DNA of 64,000 nucleotides from Minisyncoccota bacterium (GCA_041674285.1 JBAYVZ010000001.1:165129-229128); one strand, 5' to 3'. Positions 30,040-39,833 are shown, counted from the first letter of the stretch. The notes: generated by a model not told the origin, from the letters alone. Made by a program: numbers and translations.

Positions 30040-30984
30040 TTAAAAGTCTACTCCAACTTTTGTACGAACATCCTGCATCTTTTTCAATACCTGATTTCGA
30101 GCCTTATCACGACCATCTTGTAATATCTTCTTTACTTCGTCGATATTGTCTTCGTAGTATTTTCTCTTGTCTCTCATCGGACCTATGAATGCGATCACAT
30201 CTGACAGTAGTGCCTCTTTTAGATCTTTGTATTTACCTTCATGCTTTGCATATAAATCAGCTAGATACGCTTCGTCGCGGAATAGTTTATGTATAGCATA
30301 TACATTCTCAGGTCTCTTGCCGGTAGAATCTGTGACGATACCCATCACAGCCTTCTTTATCTCCTCGTCTGTTCCGAATAGTGGTATGACATTGTCGTAG
30401 CTCTTGCTCATCTTTCGTCCATCGATACCTGGTACGACTGCTACATTGTCCATGATTAGTGGCTCTGGCAATTTGAAAGTCTCGCCGTATGCATTGTTGA
30501 ATTTCTGTGCGATATCGCGTGCGTATTCGATATGCTGTTTTTGATCTTGCCCTACTGGTACAATATCTGAATCTTGGATCAGGATATCTGCCGCCATGAG
30601 AACTGGATAGTCGAATAGTCCTACACTAGCCTCCTTGCCCTTTGCCTCAGTATCCTTGTATGCATGTGCACGCTCGAGGAATGGCACAGTGACCAGACAA
30701 TTGAAATACCAACATAGCTCTGTGACCTCTGCTATGTCTGATTGCTTGAATAAGCAAACCTTCTTTGGGTCCAGCCCGCACGCCAGGTAGTCCATAGTGA
30801 TATTTAGTATTGATTTTGATAGCTTTTCCTTGTCTTGTACTGTAGTGATAGCGTGGAGGTCAGCTATAAATATAGATGTCTCGTATTGGTCCTGCAGGTC
30901 CACAAACTGACGAATAGCCCCAAAATAATTACCAAGATGCATGTCCCCAGTAGGTTTTATACCTGAAAGTAAAACTTTTTTCAT
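30040..30984 (-). CDS. trpS: tryptophan--tRNA ligase
   Basis: SGIKPTG, HLGN, YPVLMAADIL, VGQDQ, KMSKS; start MKKVL at 30984. Confidence 0.97.
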   Translation of the reverse strand: MKKVLLSGIKPTGDMHLGNYFGAIRQFVDLQDQYETSIFIADLHAITTVQDKEKLSKSILNITMDYLACGLDPKKVCLFKQSDIAEVTELCWYFNCLVTVPFLERAHAYKDTEAKGKEASVGLFDYPVLMAADILIQDSDIVPVGQDQKQHIEYARDIAQKFNNAYGETFKLPEPLIMDNVAVVPGIDGRKMSKSYDNVIPLFGTDEEIKKAVMGIVTDSTGKRPENVYAIHKLFRDEAYLADLYAKHEGKYKDLKEALLSDVIAFIGPMRDKRKYYEDNIDEVKKILQDGRDKARNQVLKKMQDVRTKVGVDF

Positions 30985-31093
30985 ATATATGAATAATAGC
31001 AAAAAACCAAAACTTTTGCACATTTAGTCCACAGTTTTATCCCATTTTGTCTGTTTGCGATATTTTGACGGATTGATAGAATACATAACATGG

Positions 31094-31213
31094 TCCCGTT
31101 AGAAGTCATATATGTCATTCAAGCTACGGAGACTGTTTAAATAAATTATTTATATTCGATATTATTAGTTAAATTATGTACGATGATCTAAAGATTATCT
31201 ACTTCTAACGGGA
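31094..31213 (+). repeat. start-codon element copy 7, subfamily A (dnaB)
   Basis: ATGG[TCCCGTTAGAAGT...GATGATCTAAAGATTATC-T-ACTTCTAACGGGA]TGGC; 120 bp. Confidence 0.93.
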
Positions 31214-32619
31214 TGGCTATCAAAAAAGAAAATCTCAGAGTCCCTCCACAGAGTGTGGATTCAGAAAAAGCAGTCCTCGGATCTATCATGCTCCGACCTG
31301 GTGCAATACACGAAATCACAGATATTATAAACAGTGATTCTTTTTATGCTGGCAAACATGCTCAGATCTGGAATATCATGAATGAGCTCTCTGCAAAGGG
31401 TGATCCTATCGACCTAATCTCTGTATCACACAGACTAGGCGAAAAAGGCATGATTGATCAGGTGGGTGGTATCGGGTATTTATCTGAATTGACTAATGCA
31501 GTCCCCGCTTCTACAAACATCCGCCACTATGCAGATATAGTAAATAAAAAACATGTACTCCGAAAAGTTATTGAAGCTGGATCAGATATTTCTGAACTCG
31601 GTTTCAAAGAAGACATTGAAGATATCCTAGATGTAGTGAATCAGGCGGAGAAGCGCATCATGGGTGTGGGCGGATTCTCAAAAGGCAAAACATTCCAATC
31701 TCTAAAAGAATCCCTACCCGAGGCTTGGGAGCGCCTAGAAAAGCTCCACGAGAACAAGGGTATGCTCCGCGGTGTTCCTACAGGATTCCGAGATCTCGAC
31801 AATCTACTATCTGGTTTTCAAAAGTCTGACCTAGTCATCCTCGCTGCCCGTCCATCTGTCGGTAAGACAGCCTTTGCTCTGAACATCGCTCGTCATGCAG
31901 CGTCCAAGCACCAGATACCTACAGTCATTTTCTCACTAGAAATGGGAACTCAGCAGCTAGTAGACAGAATGCTCGCCGCTGATGCCAATGTGAATGCTTG
32001 GAATTTGCGAACTGGAAATATCTCTGCAGAGAGTGAATTTTCAAAGATTCGCGACTCCCTAGACAAACTAGCCAAGGCTCCGATCTTTATCGATGATATC
32101 GCCGGAAATACTATCGGCCGTATGCGCTCTGTATGCCGTCGTGTGCACGCCGAGCATGGTATAGGATTAATATTAGTCGACTACCTACAGCTGATGTCTA
32201 CAGCAAAGAGTTATGATAATATGGTGAACCAAGTAACTGAAATATCTCACTCTCTCAAGGCTCTAGCCAAAGAGTTCGACGTGCCAGTCATCGCCCTATC
32301 TCAGCTATCTCGTGCTGTGGAGCAGCGTGGGGGCAAGCCTCGATTATCTGACCTCCGTGACTCTGGATCTATCGAGCAGGACGCCGACGTCGTGATGTTC
32401 ATCCACCGAGAAGACAAAGGTAAAGATGAGAGTGAGCGTACAAATATCGCCGAGATACTAGTGGAAAAGCACAGAAATGGACCAGTGGGTCATGTACAGC
32501 TATACTTTGATGATAAACTAGGTGCATTCCTAGACCTTGAAAAAGGCAACCTAAATGGCTTTGCGGCAATGGCAAATTCCCAAATATCATCCCCTCAAAA
32601 TGGATTGGATGGATTTTAA
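31213..32619 (+). CDS. dnaB: replicative DNA helicase
   Basis: AARPSVGKT, FSLEM, VDYLQL, LSQLSR, DLRDSGSIEQDAD, KHRNG. Confidence 0.98.
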   Translation: MAIKKENLRVPPQSVDSEKAVLGSIMLRPGAIHEITDIINSDSFYAGKHAQIWNIMNELSAKGDPIDLISVSHRLGEKGMIDQVGGIGYLSELTNAVPASTNIRHYADIVNKKHVLRKVIEAGSDISELGFKEDIEDILDVVNQAEKRIMGVGGFSKGKTFQSLKESLPEAWERLEKLHENKGMLRGVPTGFRDLDNLLSGFQKSDLVILAARPSVGKTAFALNIARHAASKHQIPTVIFSLEMGTQQLVDRMLAADANVNAWNLRTGNISAESEFSKIRDSLDKLAKAPIFIDDIAGNTIGRMRSVCRRVHAEHGIGLILVDYLQLMSTAKSYDNMVNQVTEISHSLKALAKEFDVPVIALSQLSRAVEQRGGKPRLSDLRDSGSIEQDADVVMFIHREDKGKDESERTNIAEILVEKHRNGPVGHVQLYFDDKLGAFLDLEKGNLNGFAAMANSQISSPQNGLDGF

Positions 32620-32626
32620 TTATGAA

Positions 32627-32746
32627 TCCCGTTAGAGATGTGCTTGTCATATTTCTAGTATTGGGTAACATATAAAGATTAAGTCGTATTATTTACTAAA
32701 AAATTAAAATATACGGTAATGTAAACATTACCTATCTCTAACGGGA
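32627..32746 (+). repeat. start-codon element copy 8, subfamily B (recR)
   Basis: TAA-TT-ATGAA[TCCCGTTAGAGAT...GGTAATGTAAACATTACC-T-ATCTCTAACGGGA]TGAAT; 120 bp. Confidence 0.93.
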
Positions 32747-33354
32747 TGAATCAAATAGAAATACTCGCACAACTTTTCAAGGAATTTCCAGGTATTGGTG
32801 AAAGACAAGCCAAGCGTTTTGTGTATTTCCTACTCCACAAAAATCCTACATACATCCGCGAGCTCAGTGATGCGATAGTCGCAGTCAAAAATACAATAAA
32901 GCAATGTCCCTCATGCTACCTATTCTTTCAGTCTGAGCGCGACAGTCTATGTGATACATGTCGTGATTCTAAGACAGACCATACTTCCCTATTGATTATC
33001 GAAAAAGATGCAGATTACGAGAGTATTAAAAAGAGTAAGAATTATAGTGGGATGTATTTCATCCTAGGCGGATTGATACCTATAGTCACAAAAGATACAC
33101 CCAATTTTGTCCGAGTAAATGAATTGATGAGAGTGATTGAGAATAGATTTAAAAATGAAGGACTAAAAGAAATAATTATTGCCCTATCGCTGAATCCTCA
33201 AGGAGAAAACACTGACACATATATCCGTGAATTACTAAATAGTTATGATGGCAAGATCAAGATATCGAGCCTAGGCCGTGGACTATCCACAGGTTCAGAG
33301 CTCGAATACGCCGACAGTGAGACAATAAAAAACGCCCTTAGGAATAGGTCATAA
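32746..33354 (+). CDS. recR: recombination protein RecR
   Basis: FPGIG, C4 zinc finger, Toprim region, G.ELEYAD..T. Confidence 0.95.
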   Translation: MNQIEILAQLFKEFPGIGERQAKRFVYFLLHKNPTYIRELSDAIVAVKNTIKQCPSCYLFFQSERDSLCDTCRDSKTDHTSLLIIEKDADYESIKKSKNYSGMYFILGGLIPIVTKDTPNFVRVNELMRVIENRFKNEGLKEIIIALSLNPQGENTDTYIRELLNSYDGKIKISSLGRGLSTGSELEYADSETIKNALRNRS

Positions 33355-33355
33355 G

Positions 33356-33390
33356 AAATACCCCAATAGTCAAAGACTCTTGGGGTATTT
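33356..33390. terminator. bidirectional terminator hairpin
   Basis: AAATACCCCAA/TTGGGGTATTT. Confidence 0.7.
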
Positions 33391-33409
33391 ACGTAGTAGT
33401 TTTCTCTCA

Positions 33410-34096
33410 TCATAATGTAAACTTTTTATGATCAGCAATGACAGAATACTGAAGTCCAACAAAGAACTCCAATTTCCCTTCATAAACCTGACCTGTTCCT
33501 AACATTAGTATTGAGTGCCATTTTGGATACTCTACACCACCTTGAAACAATAAAAAATCATGTCCATTACGAATTCTACCTGATGATTGGAATACTATTC
33601 CAAAATTCTTGTTAATCCACATGGGATGAGTCAAAAGCATATAAGATACTTCCACACCACCGACACGATGCTCGGCTGTACCATAAGTAGAATAATTTAA
33701 ACCTACATTACAATTCAAGAATGGCTTTGTAAACCACTCAATTTCTTGCATATAGAATTTAATCCCTGTTTGAAAGTGATTTTTTTCAGGATGAATCCCG
33801 AATAGATCATTTTCAAAAGAAAAAGAAAGGTGTAATGGACCATAAATCTTAGGGTCCAAGGAGACAGAATAATCTTGAAAACCATTTGTGAGATTGTACT
33901 CATAAAACCAAGTTGCCTTGATATGATTAAATCCCACCAATCCATTTGTATTCACCATAAATTGATGTTCATGGGGTGAATAAGCAGCTTCAACTTCAGC
34001 TACTTTCAAAGGATTGTGATTTTCATCAGAATGTTGAGAGTTTGCATCTAGTGCTCCGAGCACTAGCACTGCAAAGAGTAGATTTTTAAGGTGCAT
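33410..34096 (-). CDS. secreted protein with beta-barrel-like amphipathic strands
   Basis: signal peptide; alternating G/aromatic strands (FQTGIKFY, FFVGLQY). Confidence 0.55.
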   Translation of the reverse strand: MHLKNLLFAVLVLGALDANSQHSDENHNPLKVAEVEAAYSPHEHQFMVNTNGLVGFNHIKATWFYEYNLTNGFQDYSVSLDPKIYGPLHLSFSFENDLFGIHPEKNHFQTGIKFYMQEIEWFTKPFLNCNVGLNYSTYGTAEHRVGGVEVSYMLLTHPMWINKNFGIVFQSSGRIRNGHDFLLFQGGVEYPKWHSILMLGTGQVYEGKLEFFVGLQYSVIADHKKFTL

Positions 34097-34113
34097 AAAT
34101 ATTAAGTTAATAT

Positions 34114-34171
34114 AGTCGTTTGGTTTTATAGAACCTCATGGGTTCATCAGATCTAGTAAAACCAAACGACT
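34114..34171 (-). promoter_or_regulatory. structured 5' leader (15-bp stem)
   Basis: AGTCGTTTGGTTTTA/TAAAACCAAACGACT between a TGnTATAAT box and the ATG at 34096. Confidence 0.55.
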
Positions 34172-34267
34172 CTCCGTTTGACAACTTAACTTTTCTGTAT
34201 TATAACATAATCCTACAGAAAAAGCAAGCCCCCACCGGATGGTGGGGGCTTTGCCTTGTGAGTGTGA

Positions 34268-34585
34268 TTATTTTATTGCTGAGATCTTTACTTCGACAAA
34301 AAGCTGACGATGACCATTTCTCTTCAAATATCGGCTCTTTTGCTTGTATTTTACAACCTTTACTGTCTTTCCGCGTCCTGATCTCTGGAATAGTGATTCT
34401 ACAGTAGCGCCTTTTATATAAGGTTCACCGATTGTAGTATCTGTACCGTTATCTACTAATAGCACCTTGTCAAAAACTATCTTGTCGCCAAGAGTAAAAT
34501 CCCTTGCAAGTTTCTCAACTTTCAAGACATCGCCTACTGCGACTTTATATTGCTTTCCACCTGTTTCAATAACTGCAAATTCCAT
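34268..34585 (-). CDS. rplU: 50S ribosomal protein L21
   Basis: MEFAVIETGGKQYKV...GHRQ; start 34585. Confidence 0.97.
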   Translation of the reverse strand: MEFAVIETGGKQYKVAVGDVLKVEKLARDFTLGDKIVFDKVLLVDNGTDTTIGEPYIKGATVESLFQRSGRGKTVKVVKYKQKSRYLKRNGHRQLFVEVKISAIK

Positions 34586-34644
34586 AGTGGATATATAATA
34601 CACAAAAGTTTTGAAAATTGCAAGGGGGGCGGTATAATATCCAT

Positions 34645-35448
34645 ATGATTTCAAAATACACCTATAAAGGACTCACTTGGATAGACTTGGAAAACCCTAC
34701 AAAGGGCGAGGTCGACCATATAGATGAAGACTATAGCATCCCCTCTTCTTTTGCTACAGAACTACTAAATAATGACCCAGATATAGGTATCAGTGGCCAA
34801 GAAGACACCGTCTGCGCAGTATTGAATTTTCCTAAAATCAAAAACAACAAAAATACTATAATAAATCAAAAAGTCACGTTCCTAGTCGGACGAGATTTTA
34901 TCATTACATCCCACGATCACAAGATAGATACGATATCGGAGTTCTCCAAGAAGCTAGAAATAAAACTTTCTCTAGAACAACCACTCCCAGTATCCAATGC
35001 GAGCCTGGTGTACTTCTCTATGGTAAAGACTCTGATAAATAGCAATATGGAAAATCAAAAAGAGATAGAGATTCAGATTGAGAATATCGAGAAAAAGCAT
35101 CGCAAGAATTCAAAAAAGATAGTCAGCCAGATTATGAATCTAAAAAAGATCTTGATAGATTTCAAGTACAATACAGAAATCCAGCGGAGTATGCTACCGT
35201 ATTTTGATTACTACGCAGAGAGCTTTTTCAAGATAGACACTCGAAGACATACAAATGAGATGGTCATAGAGTGTGCAAGATTAGAGAGTGTACTACATAT
35301 GCAGTCAGGCACATTGGACAATATCTCAAATATGATAAATATAATCATAGACAAGAGAATCCACCGATTGATATTTGTCTTCTCATTCTTTGCTATACTT
35401 GCTCTATCCGCTATATTAATCCTACGAATAACCAATATTAACTTCTAA
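34645..35448 (+). CDS. CorA-like protein (divergent)
   Basis: LTWIDLENPT, LNFP, FLVG.DFIITSH; single C-terminal TM, no GMN. Confidence 0.7.
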   Translation: MISKYTYKGLTWIDLENPTKGEVDHIDEDYSIPSSFATELLNNDPDIGISGQEDTVCAVLNFPKIKNNKNTIINQKVTFLVGRDFIITSHDHKIDTISEFSKKLEIKLSLEQPLPVSNASLVYFSMVKTLINSNMENQKEIEIQIENIEKKHRKNSKKIVSQIMNLKKILIDFKYNTEIQRSMLPYFDYYAESFFKIDTRRHTNEMVIECARLESVLHMQSGTLDNISNMINIIIDKRIHRLIFVFSFFAILALSAILILRITNINF

Positions 35449-35452
35449 ACAT

Positions 35453-36850
35453 ATGCCCCTTATACTCAAAAATACATTAACTAGAACAGAAGAAGTTTTC
35501 GAGCCTACCAATAAAGACTCTGTATCTTTGTATACCTGTGGGCCTACTGTCTACAACTATCCCCACATAGGCAATTACCGTGCATATGTATTTGGCGATA
35601 TCCTAAAGCGTACTCTCTCCTATCTTGGATACAATGTGAAGCACATCATGAATATCACAGACATAGACGACAAGACTATTCGTGACTCTATTGCTGGGGG
35701 CAAGACTCTAGCAGAATTTACAGAATTCTACACACAGGAATTTTACAAAGATATCGAAGCACTCCATATCGTACGTGCAGAAAAATACACAAAGGCTACA
35801 GACTACATAGATGAGATGGTGAAGATGATAGAGACTTTAATAGAGAAAGGTTTTGCATATAGAGGTGATGATGGCTCTGTTTATTTTGATATTGCAAAAG
35901 ACAAAAATTATGGACAACTCGTAAAACTTGAGAATAAGATTGATGTAAATTCTGACTGTGCCCTCGCTAATCAAGAAAAAAAGTATAATCGTATAAATAA
36001 TGATGAATATGATAAAGAGAACATTTCTGATTTCGCATTATGGAAAGCTTGGGATGAGAATGATGGTGAAGTATTCTGGGAGACCAGTCTAGGAAAAGGA
36101 CGCCCTGGCTGGCACATAGAATGCTCTGCGATGAGTATAGCCGAGCTCGGTGACCATATCGACATCCACACTGGAGGAGTCGACAATATGTTCCCTCACC
36201 ATGAGAATGAGATCGCCCAATCCGAATGCGCCACAGGACACCAATTTGTAAAATACTGGATGCACAATGAGCACCTGATGGTAGATGGCAAGAAGATGTC
36301 CAAGTCAGCGGGTAATTTCTATACCCTCCGAGATATCGAGAAACTAGGAATCACTCCGTTGGCATACCGTTATTGGCTCTATACGGGCAATTACGACACG
36401 AAAGTGAACTTTACGATTGATGCTGTGTCTGGTGCACAAACAGCCCTAGAACGCCTCTATACTGCATATAGAGATTTAGGAAACAATCTGGAAGTCGGAC
36501 TTCCAGATATGAGATACAAGACAAAATTCACTGAATTTATCAGTGACAATCTAAATACTCCAAAAGCCCTAGCCCTTGTGTGGGAATTGGTAAAGGATGA
36601 CAGTGTATCCCCTGCAGATAAAAAAGCGACTCTCCTTGATTTAGACAATGTTCTTGGTTTTGGTTTCGAGAATCTAAAAGAAGAGACTGATATAGAGATC
36701 CCAGCTGAAGTATTAAAATTGGCAGATGCTCGTACAGTGGCTCGCAATGAAAAGAATTGGTCCGAGAGCGACAAACTCCGCGACCAGATCAAAGATCTCG
36801 GCTACGAGATCAAAGACACAGATACCGGACATAAAATCTCTAGAATATAA
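35453..36850 (+). CDS. cysS: cysteine--tRNA ligase
   Basis: CGPTVY, HIGN, GRPGWHIECSAM, FPHHENE, KMSKS. Confidence 0.98.
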   Translation: MPLILKNTLTRTEEVFEPTNKDSVSLYTCGPTVYNYPHIGNYRAYVFGDILKRTLSYLGYNVKHIMNITDIDDKTIRDSIAGGKTLAEFTEFYTQEFYKDIEALHIVRAEKYTKATDYIDEMVKMIETLIEKGFAYRGDDGSVYFDIAKDKNYGQLVKLENKIDVNSDCALANQEKKYNRINNDEYDKENISDFALWKAWDENDGEVFWETSLGKGRPGWHIECSAMSIAELGDHIDIHTGGVDNMFPHHENEIAQSECATGHQFVKYWMHNEHLMVDGKKMSKSAGNFYTLRDIEKLGITPLAYRYWLYTGNYDTKVNFTIDAVSGAQTALERLYTAYRDLGNNLEVGLPDMRYKTKFTEFISDNLNTPKALALVWELVKDDSVSPADKKATLLDLDNVLGFGFENLKEETDIEIPAEVLKLADARTVARNEKNWSESDKLRDQIKDLGYEIKDTDTGHKISRI

Positions 36851-36890
36851 AAATCTCCCACAGGTCCGACCTGTGGGAGATTTTTATATT
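36844..36890. terminator. bidirectional terminator hairpin
   Basis: AATATAAAAATCTCCCACAGGT/ACCTGTGGGAGATTTTTATATT. Confidence 0.75.
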
Positions 36891-36926
36891 GTATTATGCT
36901 AGCACCTAGAATCTAACTACTAGAAC

Positions 36927-38606
36927 CTAATTCACTGCTTCGAGTTCAATAAAGAAAGTAGAACCTTTACCCATACCTTCTGAATTCACTCCTACATGAC
37001 CCTTGTGTGCATCTACTATTTCTTTTGCTAGATATAGACCGAGTCCTGATCCGCTAGTGTTCATACGGGCACCTTCACCACGAGCGAATTTCTGGAATAG
37101 CGTAGCCTTGATCTCTGGAGATACACCCATACCAGTATCTTTTATCTCTACGAGAACCTTATTGTCTTTATTAGATAAAGTTACTTCAATACTACCCTGT
37201 TTTGTGTATTTTATAGAATTGTCTATCAGGTTTAGGACCACTTGGCGGAGCTTTTCTTTATCTCCGTGAACCTTGTGATTCCCTGCATCTTCTGAGTAGG
37301 TTAGCTTTAATCCTTTTTTATTTGCAGTGATAGATAAATCTTCAGATGTGGTCTTTACTATCTCTGTCATACTGAAATCCACCATCACATACTTCATTCC
37401 ACCAGATTCAATTTTGGGCACATTGAGCAAGTCCTCTACGACAAGGGTCAGATTTTGACTAGATTGAAATATTCTTTCCACAGCTTCTTTTGCTTTTGGT
37501 CCAATCTCTCCAAAGTCACCCTCGACTACCATAGATGCATAACCCTTTATAGCCGTGAGCGGTGATCGGAGCTGATGTGAAGCCAGTGAAAGGAACTCTG
37601 TTTTTAACTTATCAACATTTATCAATTTCGCATTTGATTCTTCGAGCTTGATATTTGATTCTTCTAATCTCATTTTTGAAGATTCCAAATCTACAGACAA
37701 TTGCTCGATACGTACACGCTGATCACTCTCCCTCTTTAGATTTCTGTATAGGATAATAGAGAGTCCTAGTGTCAGAGCTACAGTCACAATAGTCAGCAAT
37801 GTATCTGCCCCTCCATTGATAAAGAATAATTGCCCACCCATGAGTATAACCAATCCTCCGACCAGATAGTGGGTACCTAGCATGTTGAAGTGGAATATAT
37901 CTAGCTCAAATACAGCATAGATAATAGCTATGAGGAAAAGAGGCATGGCAAACAAACTATACAGATTGTATTCATATACACCTGTCACAGATGCTATGTA
38001 TTCTGTAATTCCAAAAACAGACAAGAATAAAAATATAGACCCTAGAACGATCAAATCTGCCTTTTTATCTTCCGGAGGTTGCTCGATAAAAAATGCTCTG
38101 ATTATATACCCCAATATTGTAAGACCGATGATACCCTCAATTACAAGCTTGTAGATATCTAAAGTATTATTATTTAATGCTTCGCAAAATGAATGATCAA
38201 AACCAATAACGGAATTATTTGTAATTGTAATCACAAAAGGAACAACAAGAGCTAGTATAAATAATATTTTTATATAATTATTTATATCTCTTTCATAGAT
38301 AAACGTAAGTACAAAATAGAGAGACAAAAGAAAGAAAACAATCTCGATATAAGGCAAAACAGACCAGAAAGAATAAACAAGGTCGTAATTTGTTGATGTC
38401 CAAATAACAACATCGCCAATTAGCCAAACACAGAAAGACAAAATAAACGATAAAAATAGTTTAGAAAATAAGTTAAATTTAGATTTAAATAAAATAAACA
38501 AAGACAATACCAATGATAGCAACATTGGAACTATGTGTGAGTATTTTGCCAAAAGTTCAAGACTTCCCCCAGTCACGCTTGTGCAAGTATTAATTATTTC
38601 ATTCAT
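36927..38606 (-). CDS. membrane sensor histidine kinase with multi-TM (7TM-like) N-terminus
   Basis: ASHQLRSPL (H-box), NLIDNSIKY, DTGMG, GSGLGL. Confidence 0.93.
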   Translation of the reverse strand: MNEIINTCTSVTGGSLELLAKYSHIVPMLLSLVLSLFILFKSKFNLFSKLFLSFILSFCVWLIGDVVIWTSTNYDLVYSFWSVLPYIEIVFFLLSLYFVLTFIYERDINNYIKILFILALVVPFVITITNNSVIGFDHSFCEALNNNTLDIYKLVIEGIIGLTILGYIIRAFFIEQPPEDKKADLIVLGSIFLFLSVFGITEYIASVTGVYEYNLYSLFAMPLFLIAIIYAVFELDIFHFNMLGTHYLVGGLVILMGGQLFFINGGADTLLTIVTVALTLGLSIILYRNLKRESDQRVRIEQLSVDLESSKMRLEESNIKLEESNAKLINVDKLKTEFLSLASHQLRSPLTAIKGYASMVVEGDFGEIGPKAKEAVERIFQSSQNLTLVVEDLLNVPKIESGGMKYVMVDFSMTEIVKTTSEDLSITANKKGLKLTYSEDAGNHKVHGDKEKLRQVVLNLIDNSIKYTKQGSIEVTLSNKDNKVLVEIKDTGMGVSPEIKATLFQKFARGEGARMNTSGSGLGLYLAKEIVDAHKGHVGVNSEGMGKGSTFFIELEAVN

Positions 38607-38609
38607 ATT

Positions 38610-39410
38610 TTATTTAATATTATTTTTAATTAAAGAGAGGTGCGAATACCAAAAATCTTCAGTTTCAATATCCATGGGTGGAATAGGGACGATCAGAGGT
38701 TTAAGACCTGTCAAATTTATAACTTTTTCCAACGCAGGCAAAACAACTTCCTTAGTAAAATCACCTTCACTGTCAGTAGAAACTAGAAAATTTTCAAATA
38801 ATATACCGTGGCAAACAAAAAATAAAAAAAAGTTAAAATAAACAAAATGTATAGAATCAGCATTGTTTTCTTTATACCAACTTGATTCATCATGAAAATA
38901 AATATCACTTAAACCATACAATCCAAACAACTTATGATGAAAATCTATAAGTGATTCGTCCCATTTAGTTTTAATTTCTTTAATTTTTTTACCGTTATAA
39001 ATATTAAAGTCTACTATATTTATTTTTTCAACAATATCATCTCCCTTTTTATCTAAACCGTCACTGACATGAATTTGACCCAATGAATGCTTATACTTAT
39101 TGTTTGATGTAAATTTATCATCATAATACTCAAAAAATATAGGCTTCAAATTGTTTTCACGCGCCAAACCAACAAAAGCTCTACACTCGTGATTGGGTGT
39201 AGCTAACTGCCTAGCAATAACAGCACAATTTTTGTCATTTAAAATTTCAGGTATTTCTCCAGCAAAAAGATCTTTGATCTTATTAACCAAATCAACATCT
39301 TTTTGCCTTTCTTCAAGTAGTCTTAGCGCATCAGATAAAGGAGTATACACTACTTGATTAAAGATATTGTGATCCGACATTATAGTATTGTAATCGCCGA
39401 TTGAAGACAT
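38610..39410 (-). CDS. hypothetical cytoplasmic protein
   Basis: 266-aa ORF ending 3 nt before the kinase start; RQLATPN, DKF motifs. Confidence 0.65.
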   Translation of the reverse strand: MSSIGDYNTIMSDHNIFNQVVYTPLSDALRLLEERQKDVDLVNKIKDLFAGEIPEILNDKNCAVIARQLATPNHECRAFVGLARENNLKPIFFEYYDDKFTSNNKYKHSLGQIHVSDGLDKKGDDIVEKINIVDFNIYNGKKIKEIKTKWDESLIDFHHKLFGLYGLSDIYFHDESSWYKENNADSIHFVYFNFFLFFVCHGILFENFLVSTDSEGDFTKEVVLPALEKVINLTGLKPLIVPIPPMDIETEDFWYSHLSLIKNNIK

Positions 39411-39413
39411 ATA

Positions 39414-39833
39414 TTATTTCTTTTTATTAACCTTTACTTCTTCGACTACAGGAATAACTATTTCTTCTTCTGCAGGCTCCGGGACCACGCATACCTCGCC
39501 TGCGATATCTTCTTCTGTACACTCAGTCTTTTCCGCCTGTATCGCTCCGGACTCTATAGCTGAAGTACAATCTTCATTTACACAAGCAGAAAAATCACGA
39601 GCTTTGATCGTGTATTGATTATAATAAGACAAATTATTTGGAGGACATTCTCCGTCTATGGAGCAGTCTCGATAGAAGCAAGTTTCTTTTGTATTATCAC
39701 AAGCAGTATCGACTATAAAATTATAGTCTTTTTTGAAATAGAAAAAATAAAAAGAAGTAGCGATAACAACAGCACAACTTATTAATAATATATAGAGAAA
39801 TACATTATGACTTTTTGGTTCTTCTTCAGGCAT
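39414..39833 (-). CDS. Cys-rich membrane-anchored protein
   Basis: N-terminal TM, eight Cys in the extracellular part. Confidence 0.7.
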   Translation of the reverse strand: MPEEEPKSHNVFLYILLISCAVVIATSFYFFYFKKDYNFIVDTACDNTKETCFYRDCSIDGECPPNNLSYYNQYTIKARDFSACVNEDCTSAIESGAIQAEKTECTEEDIAGEVCVVPEPAEEEIVIPVVEEVKVNKKK

